From: Octopus sinensis
Lineage: Eukaryota
Reading direction: 5' to 3'
Assembly (NCBI RefSeq): GCF_006345805.1
Contig: NC_043005.1
Coordinates: 24,056,001 to 24,120,000, forward strand
DNA length: 64,000 nucleotides
Position 1 is the stretch's first letter. The number at the start of each line of letters is the position of its first letter. The notes beneath the pieces were generated by a model. The model was not told the origin of the DNA. It did not search any database and saw only the letters and a program-made list of their open reading frames with translations. A program made the translations under genes and the position numbers. Positions 1 to 13,560 of this stretch are shown one piece after another.

Positions 1-91
1 TTCTTAGTCGAATAAGTAAGTATCTTCTTCCTCTTCAAATTCCAGGCTTTGTGCCTATAGTAGAAAGTATTATTATCACATTTGTTATTAA

Positions 92-2450
92 AGGAAGCGA
101 GTGTGCATAGTTGTTAGTACGTCAGACAAAATGCTTTTCATCATTTCTTTCAGTGCTTTACCTTCTGAGTTCAAATCCCGCCATGATTAACTTTGGGGTC
201 GATAAAATATCGTATTAGTTAAGAACTGGCTTCAATATAATCGACTTGTCATTCCACTCCAAAGCTACTGGCCTTGTACCAAAATTTGAAGTAATTATCA
301 TTATTATTATTAAGGCGGCGAGCTGGCAGAATCTTTAAGCACGCCGGTAGAAATGTTTAGCGGCATTTTAGGGTCGATAAATTAAGCACCACTGAAACAC
401 TAGGGGTCGATGTAATCGGCTAGTTTCTGCCCTCAAAATCTCGGACCGTATGCCTTTAGTAGAAAGGATTATTATTATTGTTAAGGCGGCGAGCTGCTAG
501 AACTTCTTCAGTGTCGGACAAAATACAAAGCTATATTTCTTCAGGATCTTTTACATTCTAAATTTAAGTACTTGTGCCAAACTTTGAAACCATTATTTGT
601 AATAAAAACACCATCTCAATAGCCGCTACACCCGGGGAAATTCGAACGAACGGAGTAAATGCAACGATGCACCAATGCCATTATTACCTCACAACGTCGT
701 CCTCACAATCGCTACCATTACAGGCATAAACAACATAAACACAAGCACATTCTCGCACACACACACGCACACACACATACACACACACACCACACACACG
801 TACACCGAAATTTTGTGCATCACCCCAATACGAACAAAAAAGACAAAACAGAAAATGAATCACTTACTGCAAAGTCATGAACACTAACAGATTAATGAAT
901 TACATCAGCATACAAACTCTCGAGACGACAACTTATATCACACTAATAGCATACCGACAGATAATAATCACCCAAGTAGTAGAAGTGTGTTACCTTTAGA
1001 TTGGGTTTTTGAACCATAATTTCTACTAAATATCTCCGGAGACCATTATTTAAATGGATTTAAGCTTAGAGTAAAAAGAGTTTTATTTTCTTTGTATTGC
1101 AATAATATGTAGAAAAGTACTGCCACTACGAACTGTCACCTGTCTTCAACGGCGAATATTAATGAGACTATCAACATCATGCCTATATATCGTAATTCAA
1201 GTCGCTTTAGTGCTGAGCTCCTATGTGAAATGTTTATGCATTAATAATTCTGAGATGTAAAGGAAACCGTAGGAACACATTCCTTCATTCTGAAGCAGCT
1301 ATGACATTACTTTTGTGACAGACAGCCATAAAAATTATATCAAACCAAATGACTTGACAGGATATCAAATCTCGATGTGGCATATCTAAAGCCTGTTGAT
1401 TCAGCAATGTTAACATCACACAATGGGAAGATTCAAGATTGACCGAGTGTGTAATATGATGTCATCTTTGCTGACCACACTTTTCTATTTCTGATGTGTT
1501 AAAAAAAAAAAAAAAAGATAAGGGAAAATAAACTTGGCTGATCCAATCATATCAAAGAAGGTGGGAGAAGAAAGAGAAAGCGATAAAGAAATACGATTAT
1601 GTATTTTTGCCGATTATTAGCCCCATCTTTGTGATTATGACAAAAATTCAATATTCACATCTAATCTGTCTCATCTCCGACCATTATTGTTCAGAAGGGG
1701 TACAGAATACCAAACCGAATTTGAATAAAACATTTGTTTCTAATCTAGAAGTAGCACGTGTGCCGATGGTGTAATATATAAGAACATTATTACACGTAGT
1801 TTAGAGTTATATTTTCTTAGCTCAAATCCAAACTAGAGCAATTTACGCTGCCTTTCATCCTTTCGGGGTCGATAAAATAAGCACCAGCTGAGTACTGAAA
1901 GTCTATGTAATCGAGTAACCCCTCCCCCGAACTTGCTGGCCGCGTGCAAAATTTTGAAATTATTATTACTAGTATTAAAAGGGTGGGGTGGGGGCGAGCT
2001 GGCAGTAATCGTTAGCACTCTGGACGAAATACGAAATGCTTAGCGGTATTTCGTCCGTCGCTACGTTCTGAGTTCAAATTCTGCTAAGATGGACTTTGCC
2101 TTTCATCTGTTCGAGCTCGATAAATTAAATACCAGTGAAACCCTGGGCTAGATGTAATCGACTAATTCCCCTTCCGCCCCAAATTTCTAGCTTTGTGCTT
2201 TTAGTAAAAGCGATTCTTACTAGTATTAAAGTTGGAGGGTGGCAGAATCGTTAGCACGCCGGGTAAAATGCTTAGCAGCATTTCGTCTGTCTTTACGTCT
2301 TGAGTTCAAATGCTGCTATGGTCGACTTCGTCCTTCATCATTTCGGGGTCTATAAAATAAATACCTGTTGAACACTGAGGTTTATCTAATCGACTACACC
2401 CCTCATTTCAAGCCTTGAGACTATAATAGAAAGGATTATTATTATTATTA

Positions 2451-2482
<32 letters not shown>

Positions 2483-2735
2483 GATAACAGTGGTAGTGAA
2501 ATCCATGTGCCCCCTTCTGTTTACTGCTCGTCGGTTGACGTTGCCAAGCATTTTTAATAGGGTGGGGGAAGTCGATTACATGGACCCTAGGGATTAACTT
2601 ATGCGTATTTTATTGATCAGAAAAAAAGATGAAAGGCAAAGTCAGATTTTGAAATCAGAAGTAAAGTGTCGGAAAAAATGCCTCTAAGCATTTCATCCGG
2701 CGTGCTAACTATAATTACTCTCCCACCTCACCAAT
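92..2735. mobile_element. Cluster of degenerate copies of the same SINE family (about 92-290, 312-470, 484-590, 1845-1970, 1992-2215, 2232-2435 on +; 2540-2735 on -)
   Basis: Repeated AAGGCGGCGAGCTGGCAGAATC, GAGTTCAAAT and GGGGTCGATAAA modules ending in (ATT)n. Further copies at 9660-10065(-), 30930-31415(-), 34075-34275(-), 40915-41220(-), 51448-51658(-), 56617-57100(+). Confidence 0.85.
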
Positions 2736-3789
2736 TTATAAGAATTATAAAAGATAAAGAAATCTAATTGGGAAGCAAACAAATTATCAAATTACTGCAT
2801 CTGAAATATTTTGGAAGAAAAAGTGAAATAAATAGAGAAATGTTTCTCAAATCTCAGCAGTGGTTCCAGTATGCAGTTATCATTTAACTAGTTAAGAGTG
2901 TAAAAGTGTACCTAAACCAGAATTGTAAAGACGCACCTAAATAGAGTCTGTAATTAGTTAAACACCTCAAGTGTGTTTTAGTGACACACATCTGTGTTGA
3001 TTGCAAAGAGACTATGTTTGGAAAACGATCTCAGTAGGGGTATAACATAACAACGCAGATTTTAATGACATAAATCGGTGGTGTTCGTAATAATGCAGGT
3101 AGTTATTGGTTATATTCTCACAGTTAAGTAGTAGCTGTTCATAGCAATGAAATCAAGTGGAGGTAATAACAAAACAACTTAGCAGTGGAGGTAATGATAA
3201 TAGCTTGTAGAGATTTTAATGTACTTCGAATTGATTCTGTTCACGTAGAGGGCGCATGGCTTAGTGGTTACACTTACGATCTCTAGAGCCTTGTTTCAAT
3301 TCCTAGACCGGGTGGTACATTGTGTTCTTGAGTAAAACACTTAATCTCACCTTGTTCTGTGATCACTGCGACACTTCATGCGTGGTAGACCTGACCTTAC
3401 ACTTGTTCAGATAACGTTTGATGGAGAGAGTAAGCTAATTGATTTTTTTTTTTGGCTCACAAGGGTGCAACATAGAGGGGACAACACAGTCTGATTTGGG
3501 GACATACACACGAATGAGAACAACATAAAATGGGTTTAAAATAAAAATAAATATAAAATCGGATGATAGGACAACAACATAAGACAATACAAATGGAGTG
3601 GGAAGACGGGTTTAGCTTGGATGCCACAAGCCACGTTTCGCCACTGATACCTGGAGTAAGTCTTTTATCGCATTCATGTAGTTACATTCATTCGAAACAT
3701 CCGTGCTACATTCATCCATCGACTATTGAACATTTTCGCCGAGAGGCATCTTCTCTCTAACCCTATTTTTCTTTTCAGGTGAAAAGTGA

Positions 3790-4140
3790 AGAAATTCAAA
3801 TGCATAACAATCACGCAGCATCTTTCCACAATGGTTCTGGTTGACTTTCTGGTGTTTGTACTGATTATTTCTTGGATTTCCCGAACTAAGTTAAGTTTTC
3901 TAACAGTATTAGGACCGTGTGCATGTGTTTCGCGCTTGGCTGCTGAAGATGGATCCCCGTCATTTGCTTCCAGCTCCTTTCAAATTTTGACAACCAAGGA
4001 TCGAGCAATAGTCAGGAAGTGAGCTATCTCTATGTCACTAAGCTGCGCTTTTTTAAGTCATCGATTACAGTGTGTCTTTTTTATTTGCTGAGAGAACCTA
4101 GTGTCTGACATTATTTATCTTAAAATAAATTAAGGTAAAA
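3790..4140 (-). mobile_element. Tc1/mariner (maT-like) transposase N-terminal fragment
   Basis: Translates SDIEIAHFLTIARSLVVKI*KELEANDGDPSSAAKRETH…VREIQEIISTNTRKSTRTI (HTH region). Confidence 0.65.
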
Positions 4141-5363
4141 AAATAAATAACTTAGAAGTAAGCTAGAGCTCTCGAAAGAAGTATCCTCAAAGACTGACGC
4201 ACACTATATGTGCACATTTCTTGAAATAATAACCAAAGTAAAATGGCAGTTAAACGTGAATGAAATCAACAAATTGATACAATAAATTGCAGTAGGTAAA
4301 CGTATTAAATCATCTACAACGATGAGAAATGTGCCTGTGTTTCGAATAATGCAATTTTGGCAGCATAAGAACTTTCAAGTAAGCAATAATTTTAATTAAA
4401 ATTAACGGTTACATAACGTTCCACCTCTCATCAAAATCTAATCTCTGTTGCCAGAATATATGAAAACTACATTTCTCTTCTCTTGAAAACTAATTCTATA
4501 TTCCGTGACTTCAAGGAAACACTTCTAATTGCCATTACCTCATGTAGTACAAGTACATTACTTAATATATCTTTGTGCTGCAAAACTGGTAGCTGGTTGA
4601 GAGAAAGAATTCAGCGCAGAATTTTTATTAAATGTTTTTAAACTGACCTCGTGAACCGTACAAGGCTTCAAAACTTCTGGTACGAATGCTTGTAACATAG
4701 TAGACTCCTCGAAGGCACCCATGATGCCAAGTGGCGATGCGAAACCAGGAGACGGGTTAAGTCTAGCACCCAAGAAGGTCGTGTTGGGATTTCAACTCAG
4801 AACACAAAGTGCAATATAACGCATCCTACGTTCTCACAGTTCCTTCACCCCACCGCCTTGGATTGATATTTTTATCGACACCGAAAGGATATCAGACAAA
4901 GCTCACTGCGGCGAGATTTGAACTCAGAACTTAGGGAGTGGGAACAAATGCTGCGAAGCAGTCTGTCAGATGCTCTAAGTGTTTCATCAATTTGCCACCC
5001 ATAACAAAATGCATTAAATTTGCGTTATTCCTTAATCGCTTTGCAAGTAAATTCGTGTTATACCTTTGTATATTTGTGGTAGACATATTCTATGTCTATG
5101 ATATTTTTGTCTGCAGTGTTGAGGAAATTAACGTATTCTTTTTATCGTGACGATTCCTAAACAAGTATTCCATTAAATCGTTGAATAGCTTTCCTCACTG
5201 ATAGCGCATGGCCGAGAGGTTAAGATGCTCAGCTTAAAATAATAAAGTCACGGTCTAATTCTCAGGCAGGGCAGCATGTTATGCGCATCATTTCACATTG
5301 CTTCACTCTGCTGAGCTGTTACATCCTGGATATACCGCTAGATCAAAATTGAGTGGTCTAATA

Positions 5364-6661
5364 CGAGGGGTGTTCATTGAAGATTTCCCCCTGACCCACT
5401 TCCCAAGAACTGTGATAAACGAAACTTGGCATAATCATTAGTCCTTCTCTATATAGCCACCACCAATGGTGACATCTCCCATCACTTTATGTAGCTGTGA
5501 AAACCTCGTCCGTACAAGTCGGAAGGTTGGGTCTGGGGTCAAGACTTTATTTCGGAAATAAGTTCATCATCATCCGAAAAGTGATTCCCCTTCTAAAAAG
5601 ACTTCGTGTTTCGCTAGAGGCGGAAGTCAGGTGGTGCGAGGTCGGGAGAGTAAGGGGGATGAGGAAGGATTTCATTGCTGCAGGGGAGTGCTTTCATCTG
5701 GGAAACATGCGCATTGTGAACTGGGTGTTGTCGTAGAGGAGGCGGACTCATTTAGTCAGCACGTCACATCAATCTGCCTTGATGGCGTCCCGCAATTTCT
5801 GCAGCAGAGAAGGATAATATGCCCTGTTAACTGTGGTGCCCTTCGCCAGAAAACCCATCATCACTACTCTACACTGGTTCCAAAAGACTGTGAGCATCAC
5901 CTTGCCTGCTCAGGGTTGGACACGAGCCTTCTTTGGGGATGATGAGTTATTATGCTTGCATTGCTTTGACTGGACTTTAGTCTCGGGATCATAGTGATGG
6001 AATTAGTGACACATAATTCATCCTGTGTGATATGTCTGCCCCCAACTCCTCCTCGTTTTCTTGGTACATTGCCAAAAGATCTTGGGAGCAATCGACTCGT
6101 TCCTGCTTCTGAAAGGGTATGAGCATTCGGGGACTCCATCATGCTGACAACTTCCGCATGTGCAAATGGTCGTAAATGATTTTTTTCCACGGACGCTACA
6201 CTTATCTTCATTTCTTGGACTAGTTGCCGAATAGTTACGCAGCGATTCTCCAAAACGGCGGCTTCCACTTTATGGGTGCTGTCGTCATCAATAGTGGAAT
6301 GTGGTCGTCCAGGAAGAGGAGTAGTTTCCACCGATGCCCCACCACATTTGGACTGATCATTCCAGCACTTGGCTATGTCGTATGATGGTGCATTGACATT
6401 ATAAACTTCTTTCATCTCATCGAAAGTCTCTTTTGGTGTACGACCTAACAAGTATAAGAACCTGATCACTGATCTGCATTCAACTGCCTCCATTATAACA
6501 CATTAGTCCACTTCAGCAGCTGTAAAAGACAAACGAATACTAGTAGAAAGCTGTAATTTACAATGTGACATATAGAGACATGTATGATTATACCTGTACA
6601 AGTTCCGTTTCCTGCAATAACCGGAAGGGGGTCGAGAGAAATCATTAATGAATACCCCTCG
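5364..6661 (-). mobile_element. Full-length mariner (DD34D) transposon, frameshifted transposase
   Basis: TIRs CGAGGGGTGTTCATTGAAGATTTC / GAAATCATTAATGAATACCCCTCG flanked by TA; ORF 5897-6493 (CRSVIRFL…GRP…TQDE) and PHPPYSPDLAPPDF at ~5620-5665. Confidence 0.93.
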
Positions 6662-7329
6662 TATGTTCGCGACTAAATAAATACCTAGAACAACTGGTTA
6701 ACATGCCACCAAGCTTTTTCTCGCGCAAGTGGCATCTGTCTATCTAAATCCTTGTCTATTGTACAGATTTACTAGATGCAGCCCAATAGCTGTGTTTACT
6801 CCTCTTCTCGAGTCTTCTTTGTTTCGTCATTCTTTAAGTGGCTGACGTTCTCTTTATTTTCACGTTGTTTGCGTGAAGATAGATGTTTCTGCATTCTTAA
6901 CTAATGATTGGCTTCTGAGATTAATCTTTTCTTTCGATATTTCTGCAAATATTTCATTAATTAATTTGTTCGTTCTGATATTATCATTGTTCCGACTGCT
7001 TTCAGTATTTCTACAGTTGCGTCATTTCATTGTCACTATTTTATTATTAAGTTCTGTCTTGCGGATGTTATTAGTTAGTAGGCGGTCCTTTTCATTCTTT
7101 AACAATAGTCACTTTAAAATTATTTTTATAATCCTACTTTTTAGTTTTAAGTCTTTATTTTTCTTCTACAGCAGAATTACAGCAGAATTATTTTTGCATG
7201 ATGCTACGCAGTAACTGCATAAACATAAACATTCAATTAACGCTAGAAACATATCCTCATAGGCAAATCTAATATTTAAAATTTCAAATATTATCACCGA
7301 TAAATAAGACAAAAGAAATGGGGATTATC

Positions 7330-10300
7330 CACATAAAAGTATAGCAGTCATATATAAGCATCATTGCAGAATGTTGTTTGTTATAACTACACTCCGCCAT
7401 AGAAATTATAAAATAAACAAATGTCGTATGACAAAACCCTATTCAAATGAAAATACTTTCTAAGATAACATGAACTTAGCAGAAGAACCATGTTCTACGG
7501 CTTAATTAGAAGCAAAGAACATAACCCTAATCCTAACCCTAACCCTTCCAGGACTTTCAAAGGCATTCAGTAGAGTAAAACCGACATAACATAAATTACT
7601 GAGCAAGGAAAATAAAAATACCAGAACATTAAATTATTCTAGAGTGGAATCCTGATTCAAATGATTACAATAGCAAAAATATGGCGGTGGTTTTAAAGAT
7701 GGAGCTAAATTAAAATTATCAGCACCACCACCGCCACTCAAAAACAGGTACAGTATATACCGAGGTGTTTCGCAGTTTCTGTGTGCTTCATTTTACTCAC
7801 AATACTCTAGCTATTGTAGAAGTCACGTGTCAAATGTATTACACTGTCAAATCGAACCAAGATCCAAGTGACTGCCGTGTGAATTTAACCAATCAACTTA
7901 TGCCAATATGCGTGTTCGTATGTTTTGTGATAATGTGAAAGCCTAATGTTTCGGACAAGGGTGATATCGAAGAAAATAACATGCTATCGGTCAACTCGAA
8001 CCAAAGATCCAATTCTTATAAATGAAACACACGATGTTTGTAGACATTAGTCAACAAACAATGCGTGTAGCAATTGAAACAATACTTACATTGGTAAAAG
8101 ACAACGTTGCACAAAATGATAACTCAGCAAGAACTAAGAAATACAGCATTTTGCTTTCTAGTGATATAGTATAACAGTCAACAGCAACTGAGAATACACA
8201 AATTCTAAACTCTATCGGATGAGTTAATCATCAATACTGTATCCTTCAGGCTTCCATCACTGAGTGTCGGAGTAAATACTCTAGCTGAGATTTCTGTTAT
8301 TGCTGGGTAAACATGTGAAGTAATAAATCCTCCAAAACATTATCTGTCTGTGGAGATTTCTCCGCAACTGTGGTATCTTTATTAAAAGACACAGTACTCT
8401 TCTGATTTAATTCAAATCAGGACGTGACACCAAACTACGAAAAGGGAGTGACGGTGAAAATGAATGTAACTTGATTTAGTTTTCGAGAGCTCAAATTTGC
8501 CGTTGCGAGCGTTATTATTTTTAGGTCAGTGAAATCATGTTAAGAATACAAGACCTGAATTTATTAACCATGTTAGGAGAATGGTAATTTGGAAGAACTT
8601 TCTAGGAAATCTGAAAAATCGCTCACTTGGAGTTTTATTGGTGGCTTTGCAAAGCAATGGTAGATTTCCAGTAGTCGAGATTCCCATTTACTTTCAGGAA
8701 CACAATGTAACTTGGTCTTCCATATAATGACTGCTCCCTGTTGCATAGTAACGTGTGGTTTTACTAGATGACACAGCTTGATAAGATAGATAACTTTTCA
8801 CGTCACGCGACTGTTGTAGTTGTAGTTATAATTTTTCAGGGATTAGTAATAACGAACTTGGAATATTTCTAAACAGCAGTAAAAATGGATGTACTACTCG
8901 AGGAATATCGAAGAGCATCTTCGAAGTCAATGCTCACTGTTTCTATTGGTTGTAAAGTTTTGATTAGGACATACACACTTATCTTGTAAAACGGGATGGT
9001 AGGGTTATAACTGTCAAGGGCAACCGCCACAATGTATTCAAAATATCAAAGACTGTAAATAATTCTTAGTGTAGAAGAAATGTTATAGAACTCTGTAGAA
9101 AGGACTCGATTTATGAGAAAACGGCGGAATCCACTTGGCGCAATAAGCGAACTTTCTAGGCAGCAGTTGAACGAAATGCAGGTAGCTACAATTCCAGAAG
9201 TGGCTTCAACCGCTCAGGATCCATTCTCAGGTTGGTAGCTTTGATGGTCACCAAAAGTTGAAGGTATAACAGATTTTAATTCATTAAAAATCAATTTTAT
9301 CTTTTCAGAAGCATATAGAAACTTTTCTACGTTCGAATAATAGGCTCCCTGATGTTGACAACCTGCAGGAATGCTGAAAGGATCACGGAAGATCGCCTCT
9401 TCTACAAATTTATTTATGGCTCTTTCGAAGCGATTACACTGGAAACTCCAAATGGCCAAAGAGTACACAGATAAACTGTTAGATTCACTTCAAACAAAGG
9501 AAAAGACTACTAAGAAGTATTAATACAGAACTGGGGATATGTATTCTTAAAATGAAAAATTGAGAACATATATGTTGCTGAACATTTCGGCCATAGTTTT
9601 ACAACGAATATGCACGAAGTCGAGTATAAATGCACCATAAAAGTGGTGTACGTTTAAAAACAAGGCCAGCAATTTTGAGAAGTTTGGTTAGTTGATGACA
9701 TCCATCTCAGTACTTTAATACTTAAGTTTATCGACTCGGAAAGGAAGAAAGGTAAAGTTGGCGAGGGTGGAAGTTGAACTCAGAATGTAAAGAGGTGGAA
9801 AAAATATCGCTAGGCAACTGTCCAATTGTTTAACGAGTCTTTCATCTCGACGCCTTACTCTTTTCTCGTCCAGACACAAGGCCTGAAATGTTTGGGGAGA
9901 GGGCCAGTCGATTAGATCGACTCCAGTACGCAACTGGTACTTAATTTATCGACCCCGAAAGGCAAAGGCGACCTCGGCGGAATTTGAACTCAGAACATAA
10001 AGACAGACGAAATACGGCTACGCATTTCGCCCGGTGTGCTAACATTTCTGCCAGTTCGGCGTCTTACTGTAAACGTATAATAAACGCGCAATTGCTTCTA
10101 TATCATTTACAGTCTTTGCTTAAAGTCACCACCTTTGCACGCCGTCGAGATTTATTTAGTTCTGCAATATCTTCAGAATGTAACAGCTGAATTTCTTGAG
10201 ACATATATTCTTGATCAACAGGATCGAAATTCTTGGATTTAGCAGCTTTATTAAACGTTTGATATTTTTCATAATGGAATGATAATGGATTATGGTGAGG

Positions 10301-10400
10301 GCGTATAGAAGGAAATTTAAAAGCGGACAATGTTACTTCCATTTTACATGCCTTTCTTAGAGTCAATCATTAAGCAAATAATTATTTCATCTGATCAGAT
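7330..10400 (-). pseudogene. Endogenous negative-strand RNA virus L polymerase, C-terminal half (post-RdRp core, CRIV, capping/PRNTase, weak MTase remnants); Jingchuvirales-like; interrupted by two SINEs at ~9660-10065
   Basis: Manual minus-strand translation gives ordered L-type motifs across stops and frameshifts: TLRKACK..FKFPSI (10305-10363); ILRIHIPSS (~9527-9553); FV*SESNSL (9472-9498, cf. chuvirus FVRAESDxL) in frame with EAIFRDPFSIP (DPFSIP 9367-9384, cf. DPxSL); WRLPLTVITL/HPVLQ (8984-9029, cf. VSV WGRTVIGTTVPHPLE); SSK(PH/R)YY (~8745-8765, HR-like); ISTTGNL...KFFQ (8589-8682, cf. ISTD...FQ); weak CF..SGG, NAFESP and KVF motifs at 7330-7750. Confidence 0.75.
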
Positions 10401-10444
10401 AATTAAGTTATCTTCGTTTATTGCTCAAGGACTCAGGACTCCTT

Positions 10445-12110
10445 TACAGATAAGGAGAAAGACTATGCAACTCAAGAACCAAAGATAGCAACTTTTATGG
10501 ATTACCTAAAGTTCATAAAAGCTCTGAAATAGAGAAAGCTATACTGGAACAGTAGAACCACTATATAAGAATACAAAGGCCCACAGACCTCACAATAAGA
10601 CCAATAGGGGCAGGGCCCCAGGTGCCAACACAACAACTAAGTCACTTCATAGATGTACTTCTCAAACCTTTATGCCCACAGATACCAAGCTACATAACGG
10701 AAGACATAGACTTCCTCACACACATTGCAAATACAGTTCCGAAAAACACCATACTTGCAAGCTTCGATATCATAAACATATACACGAACATACTACTCAC
10801 CCTGGGTCTGGAAGCGATAAAACAATCGGTAGAAAAATACAGGGAACTCATAGATAAACGTTTCAAAACAGACTTTATCACCAAAGCCACTCAATTAATA
10901 CTTGAAGAAAACACATTCTCATTCAACAACAAGACATACCGACAGATAAAGGGCACGGCTATGAGTACAAAATTCGCACCTTCATATGCCAACCTGGTAA
11001 TGGGTTTCTTTGAGAACAAACTATACGATGAAATAGGGAAAGTCTTCGAACACGACTTTCAAGAAAAAGGGGAAACGCTACCTCGATGACTGCTTCATAT
11101 TTTGGAACAGATCAGAAGATCTACGAACATTCCACAACATCTTCTACACACTGCACCCATCTATCAACTTCACAATAGATACCAGCTACAACGATCTCCC
11201 CTTCCTAGACATCAACATCAAGGCACACAACTCCATCATTACAACAGACATCCACTACAAAAAAAAACGACACACACCAATATTTAAATTTCTACCCCTG
11301 CCACCCATCCCACATAAAAAGAAACATCCCATATAGTATGGCAAGACGCATATGCAGCATAGTAACCGGCTCACAAACACGCCAAATGAGACTAGATGAA
11401 CTTAAAAACTTCTTACTAGAACAAAAATACCCCCTCAAACTAATATAAAATGGAATCTCAAGTGCAATGAAACTGGACATCTCACAACTCAGAACCCCCA
11501 AAACGAAAAACAAAGACATTATCCCTTTTATAAACACACACAACCCTGGAGTTACCAACATGTTTCAAATCATACATTCAAACCTACCAATAGTCCTACA
11601 AAGCCCCAAAATGGGAAAAATATTAAACAAATATTGCATAAAAAACAGTAGACGACAAGACAAAAAACCCGAAGAAACAACTAAGAGCGAAATTCTCATC
11701 AGAACCTAAAACTGAATTTTTGTAAAAGAGTGCGGATATGGTAAATGTGGGATCTGCAGTAAACCCACCTACAAATATATAGAGGGAGACAAACAAATGA
11801 AATTTAAGAGTTGTCACATATTCAAATAAAATGCAGATATGAACTGCAAGACGCAGAACGTAATATACTGCATAACCTGCCCCACATGCAAAGAGGATTA
11901 TATAGGTGAAACTGGAAATTCTTTATGCCAACTAGCCAGAATTCACCGACAGGAGGAACTACGCAAGATTCCACTGAGTAAACACCTAGGCACATGTGGA
12001 GAAGGAAAATTTAAGAACTTTTCCCTCTACAAATGTCCAAAGAATGACACGTCCTTCAGGAGGAATATGGAAAAATATTTCATAACAATGTTCTCCCCAA
12101 ATTGAATGGC
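10445..12110 (+). mobile_element. Penelope-like retroelement (RT + GIY-YIG endonuclease), degenerate; lies at the 5' break of the large viral L fragment
   Basis: FYGLPKVHK, RPIGAGP, SFDIINIYTNI, YRQIKGTAMSTKFAPSYANL, RYLDDCF, PCHPSHIKRNIPYS, NVIYCITCPTCKEDYIGETG. Confidence 0.92.
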
Positions 12111-12173
12111 TGAAAATATTTCTATAATAAGTTGTACTAGATGAAGGACCAAATTTGTAAAGTAAATTGTATT

Positions 12174-12216
<43 letters not shown>

Positions 12217-12499
12217 ACACACACACACACAGTAATACACATATGTACATATACATAAATTAAAACAATCTTTAATCCAGATTCTCCATCCCATGTCAGC
12301 ACAGGAATCAAACATTGGATTGAAAGAACTGAATAGCGGTATATCAACACAATTACATCTTCTTCCCCTCTTTCTTCTTTCTTCTGTCCTCCAGATACAC
12401 AGGCACCCCCACACACACGCACATACACACACACACACATACACACACACACACTCTCTCTCTCTCTCTCTCTCTCACTTTCTCTCTCTCTCTCACAAA

Positions 12500-13560
12500 A
12501 CACTGATAAAAAAAATCCAGACAATTTTTTGAGAAGTGATATTTTACCCCCCTTGAAGTGGCCAGCTAAGTTTGCCAATTTCTAAAAACCAAAATTCATT
12601 TACTGACCAGTTGCAAAAGTATAAACACACTTTTTTTCTCCTTTCTGTCCTCCTCCTTCCTTTCATTCCCCTTTCCCATTTAACACTTCTTTCAGATACA
12701 CAGACACCCACACACACACTCACATACACACATACACACACACACTCTCTCACAAGACAATGATAAAAAGGAAATCCAGACAATTTTTTGAAAAGTGATA
12801 TTTTGGACCCCGTTGGAATTACCAGCTTGATTTACCATTGCTAAAAGCCAAGATTTATTGACAAACAGACCAGATGCAAAGATATCAACAAAATGTTTTC
12901 TTATTTCTCTCCTTCTTCATTTCCTTCTCACTTTTTCTCTAACAATCCTTTCAGATACAAAACACACACACATACACATACACACACTCACGCACACACA
13001 CACACACATACACACACACACACACCACACTTTCCCAAGACAATGATAAAAAGAAAATAAAGACAATTCATTGAAAAGTGACATTTTGCCCCTTCCTTGT
13101 ATTAAACAGCTGATTTTGCCATCACTAAAATCCAAGAATTATTGACAAACTGACCAGATATCAACAAAATTTCTCTTCTTCTTCTTCCTTTCCTTCTTTT
13201 TCTTTAACATCTCTTTCAGATACAAACACACACACACACACACACACACACATGCACATACACACACACTCTATGACAAGACAATGATAAAAAGGAAATC
13301 CAGACAATTTTTTGGAAAATGACATTTTGCCCCCCTTGGCGTAAACAGCTGGATTTGCCATTACTAAAAGCCAAGAATCAAGTATTATTGACAACCTAAC
13401 CAGCTGCAAAGAGGTCAACAAAAGTTTTTTTATTCTTTCTCTCCCTTTTCTTCCTTTCCTTCTTTTTCTTTAACACACCTTTCAGATACAAACACACACA
13501 CACATACACACACACGTACACACACGCACACGCACACATACTCTCTCTCTCACTTTGTCG
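12500..13560 (+). repeat. Tandem array of four ~250-280 bp units, each carrying a (CA)n tract
   Basis: Motif GATAAAAAGGAAATCCAGACAATTTTTTGAAAAGTGAYATTTT…CAGCT…CTAAAARCCAAGA…TTTCAGATACA(CA)n recurs at ~12505, 12760, 13040 and 13285. Confidence 0.85.

Noticed and set aside
3760-3800. Splice-acceptor-like TTTTCTTTTCAG|GT suggesting a host exon
   Set aside because: Downstream sequence is an antisense transposase fragment; no coherent exon chain found.
6873-7214. Hydrophobic 113-aa plus-strand ORF resembling a membrane protein
   Set aside because: T-rich shadow of an A-rich coding-like minus strand; no recognisable family or splice support.
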